From contig SORT01000002.1 in NCBI GenBank assembly GCA_004402895.1, positions 5,947-69,946 on the forward strand: a DNA stretch of 64,000 bases. Reading direction: 5' to 3'. The stretch comes from Fidelibacterota bacterium MT.SAG.3. Lineage in GTDB: Bacteria > Fidelibacterota > SORT01. Numbering within the stretch: the stretch's first letter is position 1; every line of letters begins with the position of its first letter. The position numbers and the translations under genes were made by a program. This document shows, in pieces, positions 49,722-60,598 of this stretch. The notes below the pieces were generated by a model. The model was not told where the DNA came from. It searched no databases and saw nothing but the letters and a program-made list of their open reading frames with translations.

Positions 49722-49956
49722 TCTTTATAATTTTCCATTGTATTATGCCGTTGACTTCAAAGCGACGCAAAATCTACAACTCCGAATGCTGAATTACAAT
49801 AAAGATTCATTTCGGTTCTCAGGCTAATATATGATCTATCTTCCTGAATTAACTTGTTTACTTAACACGGCATATCTATAATTACGGGAGAATAAATTTA
49901 AAGATATGATCTTGGTCTTTAACTTGTTTAATATTAGGTGTTTATAAGGATAAATA

Positions 49957-51069
49957 ATGAAGATAAATATGGCTGATTTAAAGAAACAGCATGATGGAAT
50001 AAGAGAGGAACTCGACAGCGTAATCAAGGAAGTAATTGACAGCAGCGCCTTTATACTTGGAAGCAAGGTAACTGATTTTGAAAACAGTTATTCCGTATTC
50101 ACCGGCGCTAAACACACTGTCGGAATGGCATCAGGTACAGGAGCTCTTCACGCTGCTCTCGTTGCTCTTGATGTAGGCGTCGGAGATGAAGTTATAACCG
50201 TTCCGTTTACTTTCGCGGCAACCGTAGAAATGATCTACCTCAGCGGAGCCAAGCCCGTTTTCGTTGATATTGAGCCCGATAGTTTCACTATGGATGTTTC
50301 TAAGATAGAGGATGCCATAACGGATAAAACAAAGGTTATCATGCCTGTTCACCTATACGGTCAGATGGCGGATATGGATCGGATCATGGCAATCGCGGAG
50401 AAGCATCAACTCAAAGTTATCGAAGATGCTGCTCAGGCGCAGGGAGCCGAATTCAACGGAGCTCACGCCGGCACCATAGGTGACATAGGAACGTTCAGTT
50501 TTTTCCCAGGTAAAAATTTAGGAGCCATGGGCGATGCAGGAGCTTGTACTACTAACAGAGACACATTGGCTGAAAAAATGAGGATGATTTTAAATCACGG
50601 ACAGAGCATTAAATATGAGCACACTATCATCGGCTACAACTATAGGCTTGATTCAATTCAAGCCGCCGTGCTCGACGTTAAATTGAAAGAGCTCACAAAA
50701 TGGAATGCCCACCGGAATAAAATCGCATCGGTATATTCTGAAAATCTAAAGGATACAGGTCTGATTCTGCCCATAATAAATGAAAACAGAAACCACGTGT
50801 GGCATCAATATGTAATCCGGACAGGGAAAAGAGAAGAGCTTAAGAAAGCCCTTGCTGAATTGGGTATCGCAACGGCGCTTCATTACCCGATTCCTTTACA
50901 CTTACAACCCGCTTTTTCTTATCTAAATTATTCTACAGGTGATTTTCCGGTAGCGGAATTGTGCAGTGAAGAGGTATTATCCTTACCTATGTACCCCGAA
51001 CTCCCTGAGGAAACCGCTGTTGAGATCTCTCAGGAGATTGTAAAAATCTGCAAAGAATTGGGAATTTAA
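49957..51069 (+). CDS. DegT/DnrJ/EryC1/StrS aminotransferase
   Basis: EDAAQA, SFFPGKNLGAMGDAG, GYNYRLD. Confidence 0.93.
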   Translation: MKINMADLKKQHDGIREELDSVIKEVIDSSAFILGSKVTDFENSYSVFTGAKHTVGMASGTGALHAALVALDVGVGDEVITVPFTFAATVEMIYLSGAKPVFVDIEPDSFTMDVSKIEDAITDKTKVIMPVHLYGQMADMDRIMAIAEKHQLKVIEDAAQAQGAEFNGAHAGTIGDIGTFSFFPGKNLGAMGDAGACTTNRDTLAEKMRMILNHGQSIKYEHTIIGYNYRLDSIQAAVLDVKLKELTKWNAHRNKIASVYSENLKDTGLILPIINENRNHVWHQYVIRTGKREELKKALAELGIATALHYPIPLHLQPAFSYLNYSTGDFPVAELCSEEVLSLPMYPELPEETAVEISQEIVKICKELGI

Positions 51070-51074
51070 ATTAG

Positions 51075-52763
51075 TTAAAAGGCGCCGTTCAAGCTCAGAT
51101 GTATTTTCCCGTTTGAGAAGCTGTCGCCCTCACCGATACCGAAATCGATTCCTATTTGACCTACTGCGGTTGAGGTTCTTATCCCCGCTCCGTAAGAGTA
51201 TCTGCTGATATCTCCTTCCTGCTGTCTGTCGGAGATGAATCCTATATCGGTGAAAACGAACAAACGGGAAATTTTGCCCGTGATAAGACGATATTCAATA
51301 TTTGCCCAACCTACACTCGCTCCTCTGAATTGATTTTCCCTATAGCCCCGCAATGAAGTCGCGCCCCCGACCCTGAACAGGTCGCTGAAGGGCACTTTCC
51401 CATCATCTGTTCTAACGTTGAACGCATGGATGTTCAAAGAGATAATACTTCGATTTGTAATTCCAATATAATATTCCGCTATCAAACTCACCCTTCTTCC
51501 ACCCTCGCCTTTCTTCCCTGATTCTTTTCTAAGCGCAGTGCTGACGCTGGTCTCATAATAAAATCCCTTTAGCGGATTAGCCGGGAAATCTCTGTCATCA
51601 TAAGTAAAGCCCCCTGTAACAAGATAAATTGAGTGATCGACCAAACCATATTCCTCCTGAGCGAATGAGCGGGCGCTTATATTCTCCCGGGCGCTTTCGC
51701 CAAAAAGAGTCAGGTTGATTGAAAAGGGAATTTTCACCCTCACTTCAGAGTTTCGTTTCAGATATGAAGAGTCTTGAACCAACTGCGAAAATCCCAAACC
51801 TAATTTTAAATTCAGATCGAACGGATACGGCTCCTCATAGCTTAATTTCAATTCCTCCGTATTCCTGTCCTCCTTGCTCCATTTTGCCTGGAGTCTCCGC
51901 CCGCTGCCGAATAGATTCCCGAATCCGAAATCGAGAGATCCGGTAAAGTATCCGTCACTTCCTCCGGAACTTTCGGGAATATATCCTATGATCCCCTGCA
52001 TCCTGTTGGCGCTCGATTCTTCTAAGTTCACGATTAGAGCCTTTGAGCCGTTCAAGCCTGAGCTGATGCCCAATTGCTTCGCATTAGAGATATATCCCAA
52101 TCGATTTAGGGAGGACAAGCGCCTGTCAAATCCCGTTATGCTGTATTTCATACCTTTATTGAATTGCATCTCATTAAGTAAGAATCTCGGGTTTGTATTT
52201 TCATTACCTCTGAATAACACACTGTCGATCTCTATCAGTTCACCCGCTTCCAAATCAAATTCAAGAACGACTTCATGCTCACTTTCAGAATGCAGGATCA
52301 CGGAATTCACGATCACCTTAGATAAAGGGTAGCCTCTCTCGGCTAATTCGGTTGACATTTTTACCGCCTCGTTTCTGATCAGTTCTTTACTTATATTCTC
52401 TCCCTCAAAATCACCGAGACTCTCTTCTCCAATTATGTCACTGTTTTTCAAGCGGCTCTTACCGAAACTATATGATTTTCCCTCATTCATCAGCAAATTC
52501 ATTTTGGTAATTTTTTTACTCTTCATAAGAGAAAATCTGTCGATGACTGCATCGAAATAACCTCTCTCTCGATACAGCAACAAGATCCTGTCGCTGAGCT
52601 GCTTTGCGTTCTCTTTGGAATATCTGTTCAACAGCTGCTCAATGTCAGCAGCCTCTCTTTCGCTTACTCCGGAGTGTTCAAACTCAATAGATTGTGAAAA
52701 GGCGAATGTCCAGCCTGTCAGTGAAATCAGAATGACTAATAATATGGATTTCGCTAAAACCAT
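51075..52763 (-). CDS. BamA/TamA-family outer membrane protein (POTRA + Omp85 barrel)
   Basis: GYFDA, GYP, FRGNENT POTRA motifs; GGATSLRGY; C-terminal Phe. Confidence 0.85.
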   Translation of the reverse strand: MVLAKSILLVILISLTGWTFAFSQSIEFEHSGVSEREAADIEQLLNRYSKENAKQLSDRILLLYRERGYFDAVIDRFSLMKSKKITKMNLLMNEGKSYSFGKSRLKNSDIIGEESLGDFEGENISKELIRNEAVKMSTELAERGYPLSKVIVNSVILHSESEHEVVLEFDLEAGELIEIDSVLFRGNENTNPRFLLNEMQFNKGMKYSITGFDRRLSSLNRLGYISNAKQLGISSGLNGSKALIVNLEESSANRMQGIIGYIPESSGGSDGYFTGSLDFGFGNLFGSGRRLQAKWSKEDRNTEELKLSYEEPYPFDLNLKLGLGFSQLVQDSSYLKRNSEVRVKIPFSINLTLFGESARENISARSFAQEEYGLVDHSIYLVTGGFTYDDRDFPANPLKGFYYETSVSTALRKESGKKGEGGRRVSLIAEYYIGITNRSIISLNIHAFNVRTDDGKVPFSDLFRVGGATSLRGYRENQFRGASVGWANIEYRLITGKISRLFVFTDIGFISDRQQEGDISRYSYGAGIRTSTAVGQIGIDFGIGEGDSFSNGKIHLSLNGAF

Positions 52764-55700
52764 GCTCTAACTTCCGCTTTACCCACATGACGTGTATCGC
52801 GGAAGGATTCATTCCTCCCTTCATATGTTAACATGGCGTTCAAGTTACTTCCCATTTTGTAGTCAAAGCTGAGGCTCCATTTATAGCTATCTCCCTCTTT
52901 AAGTCCATTCGCCATTTCAAATGTCAGCGGAGCGCCGTTTGGGGTAACTCCGACGTGCGCCCACGAAGTCAGAAATCGTACCATCCCCCTTCCCTTGAGA
53001 AAATAATTATTTCTTAGCTCTATCTCTGTAAGACTTGCCTTCAGATCGTTTGAGGAAAGTCTATCCACATCCCTGCCGACAGTTAATTTAGCGCCGAATT
53101 CTACTCTGCTTGAAGGAAGACGTGAGAGATCAATGCTGACTTCATTGGATATTATATCCCTGCCTCTTCGAAGTGACGAAGAAAAAGAGCGGAGAGTTGA
53201 AGAGCGACTTCCCTCAATATCATATCTGGTTTTCGTTGAACGGGTTTGTCTCCATCTGAAAGATGCCTCTTTTGTCAGGCTCTCTTCACCACCGGTAATA
53301 AATTGATTATTAAAATTCTCTAAATATCTATATCTCAAACGTAAATAACTTCCGTTTCTCCGTTTGAACATTGTCAGATCCTCCTCAAAAGTCAGGTTCC
53401 CCAATAGAGTGCTGTCAGGATTTCTGAATTTGGAAGGTTCGAGGCGGAGCAGAGCGCCGGTGTCGGAATCTTTTGATTTTTCGTCGATCCTGATAAAAGT
53501 TCGAGAGCTCACACCCTGCCAGAAACCTGATTTTGCCCGCCTATTTCTTCTATTAGCGTTCAATCGTTTAGGTTCGATCATAAATCTCATACTCACCCGG
53601 ATATCTGTTACTGGTTCATAATTGTCCGTTTGTCTTGTCCTGAGTATAAAATCTCCGCTGATGTCAGGAACATATTCATTGGCATCTTCATCAAATCGGA
53701 AATTTCCTCTTCCCTCCTCAACTTTCAGGTATACACGTTCGATTCCGGCAAGTAGTTCGCTTGCCGCTCTGTAGTCAATTACCAGACGCAGCGCTCCGTT
53801 CATCGGGTGCAGGTCGGAACGCATGTCTATCAGATTCGATTGAGAATTTGACGAATTATCCTTGAACACTCCTTTAAACTCCCGCGTTCTTCTTGAAAAC
53901 CGTAAATTGGCTGAATAGATCTTAGTTGATGGAATCTCAATTCCGAGAGTTTTAGAAACCGCTTTTGAACGTGGTACCGACAGTCTGTCCAGACGCTCTT
54001 CGTCATTGCGAATAGTGTATTCCGTGAGAAGATTAAGCGGACCGATATTTTTTATTTCTATTCCTGCAAAATATTCCTTATATTTGAATCCGCTGTTCAA
54101 ACTATCGCTATCCTCTTTATCCTCAAACTCAAAACCGAAAACGGGTGTGAAATTATTCCAATTCTTTTTTAAACGACCCTTTCTTCTTTTCCATTCGCTC
54201 TTGATCACTCCGTCATTCGTTTTTGAGTCTAAAATTTCCTGGTTCAGCTTGATATTTCCGAGAAAACGGATATTTTTTTCTCCACCGATCTCAATCCGGT
54301 CCGATCTCCATTCGTTCTCTACTTCAAGCCTCCCGAATCTGCCGTACAGTTCATCTGAACCTCTGCTTTTGATTTTTGCCCCGCCTTCCATGATAGTTTC
54401 CGTTCCCTCAAGCCCTACAGGCTTATTCCATCTTCTGTCAAATTCAATTTCATCGATCCGATCCAAACTGTTGAATTCTTCCGCTATCCTTCGGATGTAC
54501 GAGTCGAATATCACTCCTCCTTTATCAGGCGCAGTTGTATTAAAGACTCCTTTGATGAGCAAGGCGCTTCCCGTGTTATCTTTGTCATTGAGAGATGAAA
54601 ACGTGTTCTTATCTTTGCTGCTCAATCCGATCTCCGTTTGGATGCTGATCTTTTCCGAAGGCTGTACAGCCAAATTGAAACTTACTATCGATTGAGCTGA
54701 CGGCGACCGAATTCTTTTTTTCGCAATATAGGAGCCGTTCCCACTTCCTACATATTCGAAATAAAAATTTCCCTGAGGCGAAACAAGCAGAGAATCGCCC
54801 AACTTATTGTCATAATCTCCATTCCCTTCACCCACCTGAGTAAAAAACACCGACCATACGCCGTTAAACGTTCCATCCTGGTTCAAACCGACATACTTGA
54901 AGACCGAATCTCCTTTTAGGGAACTGAAAATTTTATTATAAGCGCCTTTATCCTTCCCGACCTTGTTGCCGCCGTCAACGAAAACGTTTTCTTCATCAGT
55001 GGAGGCGAGCGCTGAAAGTTCCGACTCACTGAAAGTGGTTCCGATCGGATTATCACGGTCATCCGATTCTCTGATAAACCGACCTCCAAACCTGACCTTT
55101 CCGGCGATGATTTCCGTTGTCAACGAAGACGCCAACACACTTCGATTATAGCTCCTGTCCGAGAATTCGTAATCAACTGCAATTCGTGAATCGGAGGAAA
55201 TGATGCGATATGGAGTGAATGTCAGCTCGGCATTTGAATAATCGATTACATAATCTTTAGTTTCACCCCTCGACATTTTTTCGCCGTCAATATATACGTT
55301 TTCGGAACCCGCGATTATAAATACCGCCAAATTACCTTCATCCCCGATAAGGCGGTAGGGTCCTTGATTTCCTTCTACCCCATTGAACGACAGGGTCCTG
55401 AATTTACCTCTGCTCACAGCGCCGGTGACCATGACAGTTGTGCCACCTACGTCAGCGCTGCCACTGCCTCCTTGCAGTTTTCTTCTATAATTAGCGAAGT
55501 TCGAGCCGCTCAGATTAACACTGATATCTCCAAGAGTAAGCTCAAAATTCTCTCCGGTCAATCCCACATAGACTTTATCTATCTCCTTCAGAGTCTGCGT
55601 ATTTCCTTCCGGCTGGATCGGACTGTTTTGATCGGTCATAGACGCAATGAGATTTATGCCGTCGGAAATTTCTCCTTCCATTTGAATCCGCAAACTGGAA

Positions 55701-56227
55701 TTCAGAGAGAGTCCTTCATTTGTTCCCACCTTCACTCCCCGCACCAAAGAACCATGTGTATTCAAACGTTCATCTCGAATTGGAGCCGTGCTGCGAATTG
55801 TTTTATCAGTCTGTGGATTGATTTTGACAAGAGACACCGAATCGTCCTCCGGAGAGATAAACCCTGTCCAATATTGCGCTACTATCGGTTCAAAGGGCTG
55901 ATTTGTTTGATACGACAGCAGGAGGGAATCATATTCAATCGCACTGCCGGTTAATTTTAACACGCCGTTCATGTAATCAATTACGTAATCCATATTGAGC
56001 CGAAGAGTATCGTTTTTAGAAATCACTGTCTCAGAATTTTCTCTGATATGCCGATGAGGTAGAGGGTACACCGATGAATCAGGATATATTTTAATTTGTA
56101 CTTCCCTGTCACGCACAGAGCGGTTCCTGATAATTTCTATCTCTTGAGCGTTAACTTCCTGTAACACACCGATTCCAATCAGTGCGAATAATATTAACTG
56201 AAATTTATATGATGAGAAATGTATCAT
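52754..56227 (-). CDS. Large conserved outer-membrane protein of unknown function
   Basis: Signal peptide; PIQPEGNTQTL, EGNQGPYRL, DYVIDY; ends EVRAWF; overlaps its neighbours. Confidence 0.7.
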   Translation of the reverse strand: MIHFSSYKFQLILFALIGIGVLQEVNAQEIEIIRNRSVRDREVQIKIYPDSSVYPLPHRHIRENSETVISKNDTLRLNMDYVIDYMNGVLKLTGSAIEYDSLLLSYQTNQPFEPIVAQYWTGFISPEDDSVSLVKINPQTDKTIRSTAPIRDERLNTHGSLVRGVKVGTNEGLSLNSSLRIQMEGEISDGINLIASMTDQNSPIQPEGNTQTLKEIDKVYVGLTGENFELTLGDISVNLSGSNFANYRRKLQGGSGSADVGGTTVMVTGAVSRGKFRTLSFNGVEGNQGPYRLIGDEGNLAVFIIAGSENVYIDGEKMSRGETKDYVIDYSNAELTFTPYRIISSDSRIAVDYEFSDRSYNRSVLASSLTTEIIAGKVRFGGRFIRESDDRDNPIGTTFSESELSALASTDEENVFVDGGNKVGKDKGAYNKIFSSLKGDSVFKYVGLNQDGTFNGVWSVFFTQVGEGNGDYDNKLGDSLLVSPQGNFYFEYVGSGNGSYIAKKRIRSPSAQSIVSFNLAVQPSEKISIQTEIGLSSKDKNTFSSLNDKDNTGSALLIKGVFNTTAPDKGGVIFDSYIRRIAEEFNSLDRIDEIEFDRRWNKPVGLEGTETIMEGGAKIKSRGSDELYGRFGRLEVENEWRSDRIEIGGEKNIRFLGNIKLNQEILDSKTNDGVIKSEWKRRKGRLKKNWNNFTPVFGFEFEDKEDSDSLNSGFKYKEYFAGIEIKNIGPLNLLTEYTIRNDEERLDRLSVPRSKAVSKTLGIEIPSTKIYSANLRFSRRTREFKGVFKDNSSNSQSNLIDMRSDLHPMNGALRLVIDYRAASELLAGIERVYLKVEEGRGNFRFDEDANEYVPDISGDFILRTRQTDNYEPVTDIRVSMRFMIEPKRLNANRRNRRAKSGFWQGVSSRTFIRIDEKSKDSDTGALLRLEPSKFRNPDSTLLGNLTFEEDLTMFKRRNGSYLRLRYRYLENFNNQFITGGEESLTKEASFRWRQTRSTKTRYDIEGSRSSTLRSFSSSLRRGRDIISNEVSIDLSRLPSSRVEFGAKLTVGRDVDRLSSNDLKASLTEIELRNNYFLKGRGMVRFLTSWAHVGVTPNGAPLTFEMANGLKEGDSYKWSLSFDYKMGSNLNAMLTYEGRNESFRDTRHVGKAEVRAWF

Positions 56228-57114
56228 CTCTTCTTGAGCTGTAAGATCTTGTTGCTCCGGGAATCCAACAGGTATAGCTCGTTCCCTCTGACAGCGATAT
56301 CAACCGGAGCTGTTAATTGGCTTTCGAGTTCTGAAAGTTTTATCTCTGAATACGCATCGCTGTTTTCTTGAAAAATGAAAATTGAATTCAGTTCGATGTC
56401 CAGCAGGAAAACTTCTCCATCGCTTCCGACAGATAAAGCGGTCGCCGCCATGATTATCCCTTCACCTCTTGAGAATAGAAAATTCCCGAATTCATCATAA
56501 TATAAAAGCATATTCCTTGCAACATCGGCTACAACAACTTTCTCATCAGGAGTTATTCCGATGCTCCCCGGTTCGATTATATTTCCCTCCGCATATCCTA
56601 ATCCACCAAACTCCAAAAGAAATTTCCCTTCAAGGGAATATTTCAGCAATTTACCGTTGAACGAATCTGAGAGATACAAATTACCGCGAGCCGATTGAGC
56701 CACACCAGCCGGATACTCGAATTCTCCTTCTTCGAATCCTCCGCTGCCGTCCAGAATAGATATAAAATTCAGCTCCCTGTCATACCTTTGAATTCGATGA
56801 TTATTCCGATCTGCCACAAAAACGTCCAAGGATGTGACCCAGATAGCCGATGGTGAATCGAACTGCTCCTCCTGCCATCCGAATCCACCTATAAATCCTA
56901 AAACTTCACCCTTTTTTGAAATCCGTAAAAGCCTGTTATTCCGCTGATCAAGAGCATAAAAATCGCCTGACTGCGAGATATCGAAATTCGTCAGTTCAGC
57001 CCCATTATCGAGACCCTCTATTTTCAGCTCTCGGCTGACCTCCCAGGTCGACTGTGCTTTGAGAGAAAGCTGCAATAGGGATATGAGCAAGATTAGGATA
57101 ATTCTATTTGTCAA
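56224..57114 (-). CDS. NHL-repeat beta-propeller protein
   Basis: FDSPSAI...VADRNNHRIQ; FEYPAGV...LSDSFNGKL. Confidence 0.85.
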   Translation of the reverse strand: MTNRIILILLISLLQLSLKAQSTWEVSRELKIEGLDNGAELTNFDISQSGDFYALDQRNNRLLRISKKGEVLGFIGGFGWQEEQFDSPSAIWVTSLDVFVADRNNHRIQRYDRELNFISILDGSGGFEEGEFEYPAGVAQSARGNLYLSDSFNGKLLKYSLEGKFLLEFGGLGYAEGNIIEPGSIGITPDEKVVVADVARNMLLYYDEFGNFLFSRGEGIIMAATALSVGSDGEVFLLDIELNSIFIFQENSDAYSEIKLSELESQLTAPVDIAVRGNELYLLDSRSNKILQLKKR

Positions 57115-57240
57115 CGTTCACTCCGGAAACGGCTCCATTGTTTTGCAATTACTTTAGGTTATAAATCTGTTCTTACTACCTGTAACTGTTAACTGGAGCG
57201 TTCCTCCGGGCTATTGGTTGAGAGTGATGAAAGAGTATTT

Positions 57241-58014
57241 TCAACTGTTACTCTTTGCGCCGGCTCTTTGAGGAACTTGACTCGAGTAATACTGATATAA
57301 ACCATAACTGCCGATAATTATCAATATTATGCTGACTATTTGTGCTTGAGTGAATGCTCCGAAAAACAGATCGTTTTTCCGATAATATTCCACTATGAAA
57401 CGCTGAATTCCGGATAAAACAAGATAATACCAAAGCGGTATCCAATTTGATTCAATTTTCTTTCTATTATACCAGATGATCGCGAAAATTGCGAATAGCG
57501 CTGTCATCTCGTATAGTTGAGTGGGGTGTACAGGAAAGTCAACAGGATCGATCCCGTTTGGAAAGGCTACTCCCCATGAAACATCTGTCGGTTTTCCCCA
57601 ATCGTCTCCGACAAGGAAACAGCCTATTCTTCCTATTCCATGTCCCAACGCCAATAGAGGAGCCGTAATTCCTGCTACCATGCCTACGGATAAATTCAAT
57701 TTACGAGTCCAATAAATGGTCGCGATCATTCCTCCGATAAATCCGCCATACCACACAAGACCGGCTCCTGAAAAAATCATTCCTATAGGATCCCTTAGAA
57801 CAGAATCAAAATATATCAGAAGAAAATTCAGTTTGGCTCCAGCCACTCCGCCTAACGCCGCCGCCATAACCAATTCGTACGCGAGTTCAGGGTCTTTTTT
57901 ATTTCTGCTCAGTTCTTTTCTAAGCAGCCACGCGCATGTTAGAAAGGCAAATGCCATCATGAATCCAAAACTTGTAATCTGTATTGGACCGAATTTGAAT
58001 AGAATTGGGTACAC
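57241..58014 (-). CDS. lgt: Prolipoprotein diacylglyceryl transferase
   Basis: GLVWYGG, GRIGCF, HPTQLYE, RFIVE.YR. Confidence 0.93.
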   Translation of the reverse strand: MYPILFKFGPIQITSFGFMMAFAFLTCAWLLRKELSRNKKDPELAYELVMAAALGGVAGAKLNFLLIYFDSVLRDPIGMIFSGAGLVWYGGFIGGMIATIYWTRKLNLSVGMVAGITAPLLALGHGIGRIGCFLVGDDWGKPTDVSWGVAFPNGIDPVDFPVHPTQLYEMTALFAIFAIIWYNRKKIESNWIPLWYYLVLSGIQRFIVEYYRKNDLFFGAFTQAQIVSIILIIIGSYGLYQYYSSQVPQRAGAKSNS

Positions 58015-58154
58015 TTCTGAATTTACTCCTTATCTGTGCTTATACTGTTTGTTTTAACGCAATCACGATCAATTAGTTCACTGATCATCATGCAATATTA
58101 TAACTATTGCCTCTATAATACAAGCCTAAAGAGGTATTATAATAGATTTCAATT

Positions 58155-59000
58155 TCAATTCAGCGCGGCTTTCAACTCCTCCGCTTTTTCCCTTGTTAGA
58201 ATCCCCTTTGTTTCACATTCAGTAACGGCTTTAAGCGCCAATATCCGATAGATTCCCAGCTCTTCTTCGCTATTTTCAAGTGATTTCAGATGCGCTCTCA
58301 CCGACTCAACGTCGCCTCTTGCGATGGAGCCGGTCAAGGAACCAACGCCATTTTCATTCCAACCTTCGACGCTGCTTTTCGCAAGAGCCGTGACAACGTC
58401 TCTTGCCTCTTCCATACCCGCTTCCCCCATTAGTTTGAGGGATGACTCTAATAATATGTTGAGATAACCGCTCGCAAAGGTACAGGCGGCATGATATAAC
58501 GCTTTTTTGCCCGCATCGATATGAAAAGGTATACCGCCTATCGATCTGACCAAATCCATAGCCATCCCCTTATCCTTCCCCTCAACAGCAAAGTGAACTC
58601 CTTCAAGAGGCAAAATATTTTCTGCCGGGAAAGATGCCACAGGGTGTATAGCTGCGGTTTTCGCGCCGCATTCCCGCAGTGGTTCCAGGATAGACGATTC
58701 TTTTATTCCTGAAGTATGAATCAGCAATGTTCCCGATTTATATTTCCAATCTTTTTTGATGACCTCTACCGCGCTTTCGAGAGAATCGTCCGGCAGTGTA
58801 AGAATGATCAGATCAGTTGTTTCGGGGATCAACGAGTAATCTTCTCCGAAGAGAGGAGCTCTGACCATTTCGGCTAAAGAGCCGGCAGATCTTGATGACC
58901 TGCTCACGATAGCTACCGGATTATTCCCGACGTTCACCAATGCGCTCAACAGAGAGCGTCCTACTCTGCCCGCGCCTATAAGCGATATATTCCGGCTCAT
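58155..59000 (-). CDS. Rossmann-like + DUF2520 oxidoreductase (PanG-like)
   Basis: IGAGRVG, HTSG, HP, KALYHAA, LTGSIARGD; start MSRNIS at 59000. Confidence 0.85.
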   Translation of the reverse strand: MSRNISLIGAGRVGRSLLSALVNVGNNPVAIVSRSSRSAGSLAEMVRAPLFGEDYSLIPETTDLIILTLPDDSLESAVEVIKKDWKYKSGTLLIHTSGIKESSILEPLRECGAKTAAIHPVASFPAENILPLEGVHFAVEGKDKGMAMDLVRSIGGIPFHIDAGKKALYHAACTFASGYLNILLESSLKLMGEAGMEEARDVVTALAKSSVEGWNENGVGSLTGSIARGDVESVRAHLKSLENSEEELGIYRILALKAVTECETKGILTREKAEELKAALN

Positions 59001-59004
59001 ATTT

Positions 59005-59559
59005 TCAGTTGCTTTTCTTCTCTTCAAATACTTCGGCAGAGAAGATAGAGATATTTGTCTCTTCGGATTTCCACGCATCCCGCGGTAAACGAGCCTTCTC
59101 GCAAGTGTGTTCTAGAAATCTGATTTTATCCCAATTGTTTTCTGTTGCTACTTGAGGTAAGAGTAAACCCTTGTCATTTCCCCTGCTGATAACCAATCCA
59201 TGCTTGCCTACTTCAATTGCATCGGGAGAGTCGATTTTCTGCAGTGGAAACAGAAGTGAGATTTCCAACACAATATCATTCAATTCCGCCTCTTTTACCG
59301 GATCGAACCGTGGATCTTCAGTTGCGGCAGCTTTCGTCATCTCTACAATAGCCTCCGGAAGGGACTTAACACCCTCAAGGTAGCCGATACAGCCTCGCAG
59401 TTTGCCTTCTACGGTATGTAAGCTCACAAAAACGCCCATAGGCTCATAAGCCAAATTTGAGAGTCTCTCGGGTATTTTTACCTCTTCGCCCTTCACACAA
59501 ACTGTGAGCACCTCTCTTGCGGCGCTTAACATATTATTCTTATCGGCGTCTGAGAACAT
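59005..59559 (-). CDS. amrA: AmmeMemoRadiSam system protein A (AMMECR1 family)
   Basis: GVFVSL, LRGCIG, DPRF, GLLLPQVA. Confidence 0.92.
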   Translation of the reverse strand: MFSDADKNNMLSAAREVLTVCVKGEEVKIPERLSNLAYEPMGVFVSLHTVEGKLRGCIGYLEGVKSLPEAIVEMTKAAATEDPRFDPVKEAELNDIVLEISLLFPLQKIDSPDAIEVGKHGLVISRGNDKGLLLPQVATENNWDKIRFLEHTCEKARLPRDAWKSEETNISIFSAEVFEEKKSN

Positions 59560-59563
59560 AAGA

Positions 59564-60397
59564 TCAACCTCTGATCACGGCAGAAAGATATCCGACAACA
59601 GAGGAATAATCGCCGCTTACATCACCCGATGTCGCATATTTCAGTATTTCTACGTTTGATGCACCCTGTAATCTTGCTGCCTCCATTACTATCAGCAGGG
59701 GATTAATACCGCACGCTTCACATTCACCACTCTTGCAAGCGGTATAGAGTTCATTAATGGACATACTTTCGATAAATCCGGCGGTGCTTTTATCAAGGAG
59801 ATTGGCTTTATCCTGTTCATGAAAATGTGAAAGATCAGTGCTTGCGATCATTAAAACATCAGAGTTTGACCTGTTCACAGATTCTGACAGAACTGAAGCT
59901 ATATCAGTTGCCATTGTTAGATCAATATTTCCAATTACAATCGGGACGATCTCAAAATCATCAGATAAGACCGCTTGAAGGAAGGGCAGCTGCACTTCCA
60001 AAGAATGTTCCTTGCCATGGCCGACAGAAGAATAATTAAGCTGGGCGGAGGCTTCAACCAACTCATTTGACAGCTCACTATCTATCGATATGTCTCCCAT
60101 AGGAGTTGAATATGCGGAGCCGTCATAAATATTCCCTCCTTCAAAATATTCATAATGGCTCGGCGCTAATATGATTATTTTGCTGATCTCCAAATTTTTA
60201 AGAAGCCGATACCCTTCTCCGGCAACTGCTCCTGAATAAATGAGACCTGCATGAGGAGAAACCAACGCGATAATTTTTTTTTTATCTTTTGGAACCGCGT
60301 CAGACTCAAGGCAGCTTTCAACTAACGACTCTAACTCTACTCTGTCAGCGGGATAAAATGATCCTGCCACGGTGGCAGGACGGATATCGGTACTCAT
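59564..60397 (-). CDS. amrB: AmmeMemoRadiSam system protein B (MEMO1 family)
   Basis: VAGSFYP, PHAG..YSG, EHSLEVQLPFLQ, STDLSH, VVGY. Confidence 0.93.
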   Translation of the reverse strand: MSTDIRPATVAGSFYPADRVELESLVESCLESDAVPKDKKKIIALVSPHAGLIYSGAVAGEGYRLLKNLEISKIIILAPSHYEYFEGGNIYDGSAYSTPMGDISIDSELSNELVEASAQLNYSSVGHGKEHSLEVQLPFLQAVLSDDFEIVPIVIGNIDLTMATDIASVLSESVNRSNSDVLMIASTDLSHFHEQDKANLLDKSTAGFIESMSINELYTACKSGECEACGINPLLIVMEAARLQGASNVEILKYATSGDVSGDYSSVVGYLSAVIRG

Positions 60398-60598
60398 TAT
60401 GAGGCAACCTGATTTTAATTTTTCTGCAATTAATATATCAGATCAGCGAGCGGAGTCAAAGGTAATTCTCTCAATCCAGATAATAGAAGAAGGGCCTTCA
60501 TTTTCACTCTCCTATTTTGGATTAATTAACTCGTGTGTATGATAAATTATATTAATTGTCCCGGCTATAAAATGTCAAGCGTTATCTATAAAACGATT

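Noticed and set aside
27078-59078. N-terminal extensions in the ORF track for fumC, der and the DUF2520 gene
   Set aside because: They overlap upstream genes; downstream starts fit family length better
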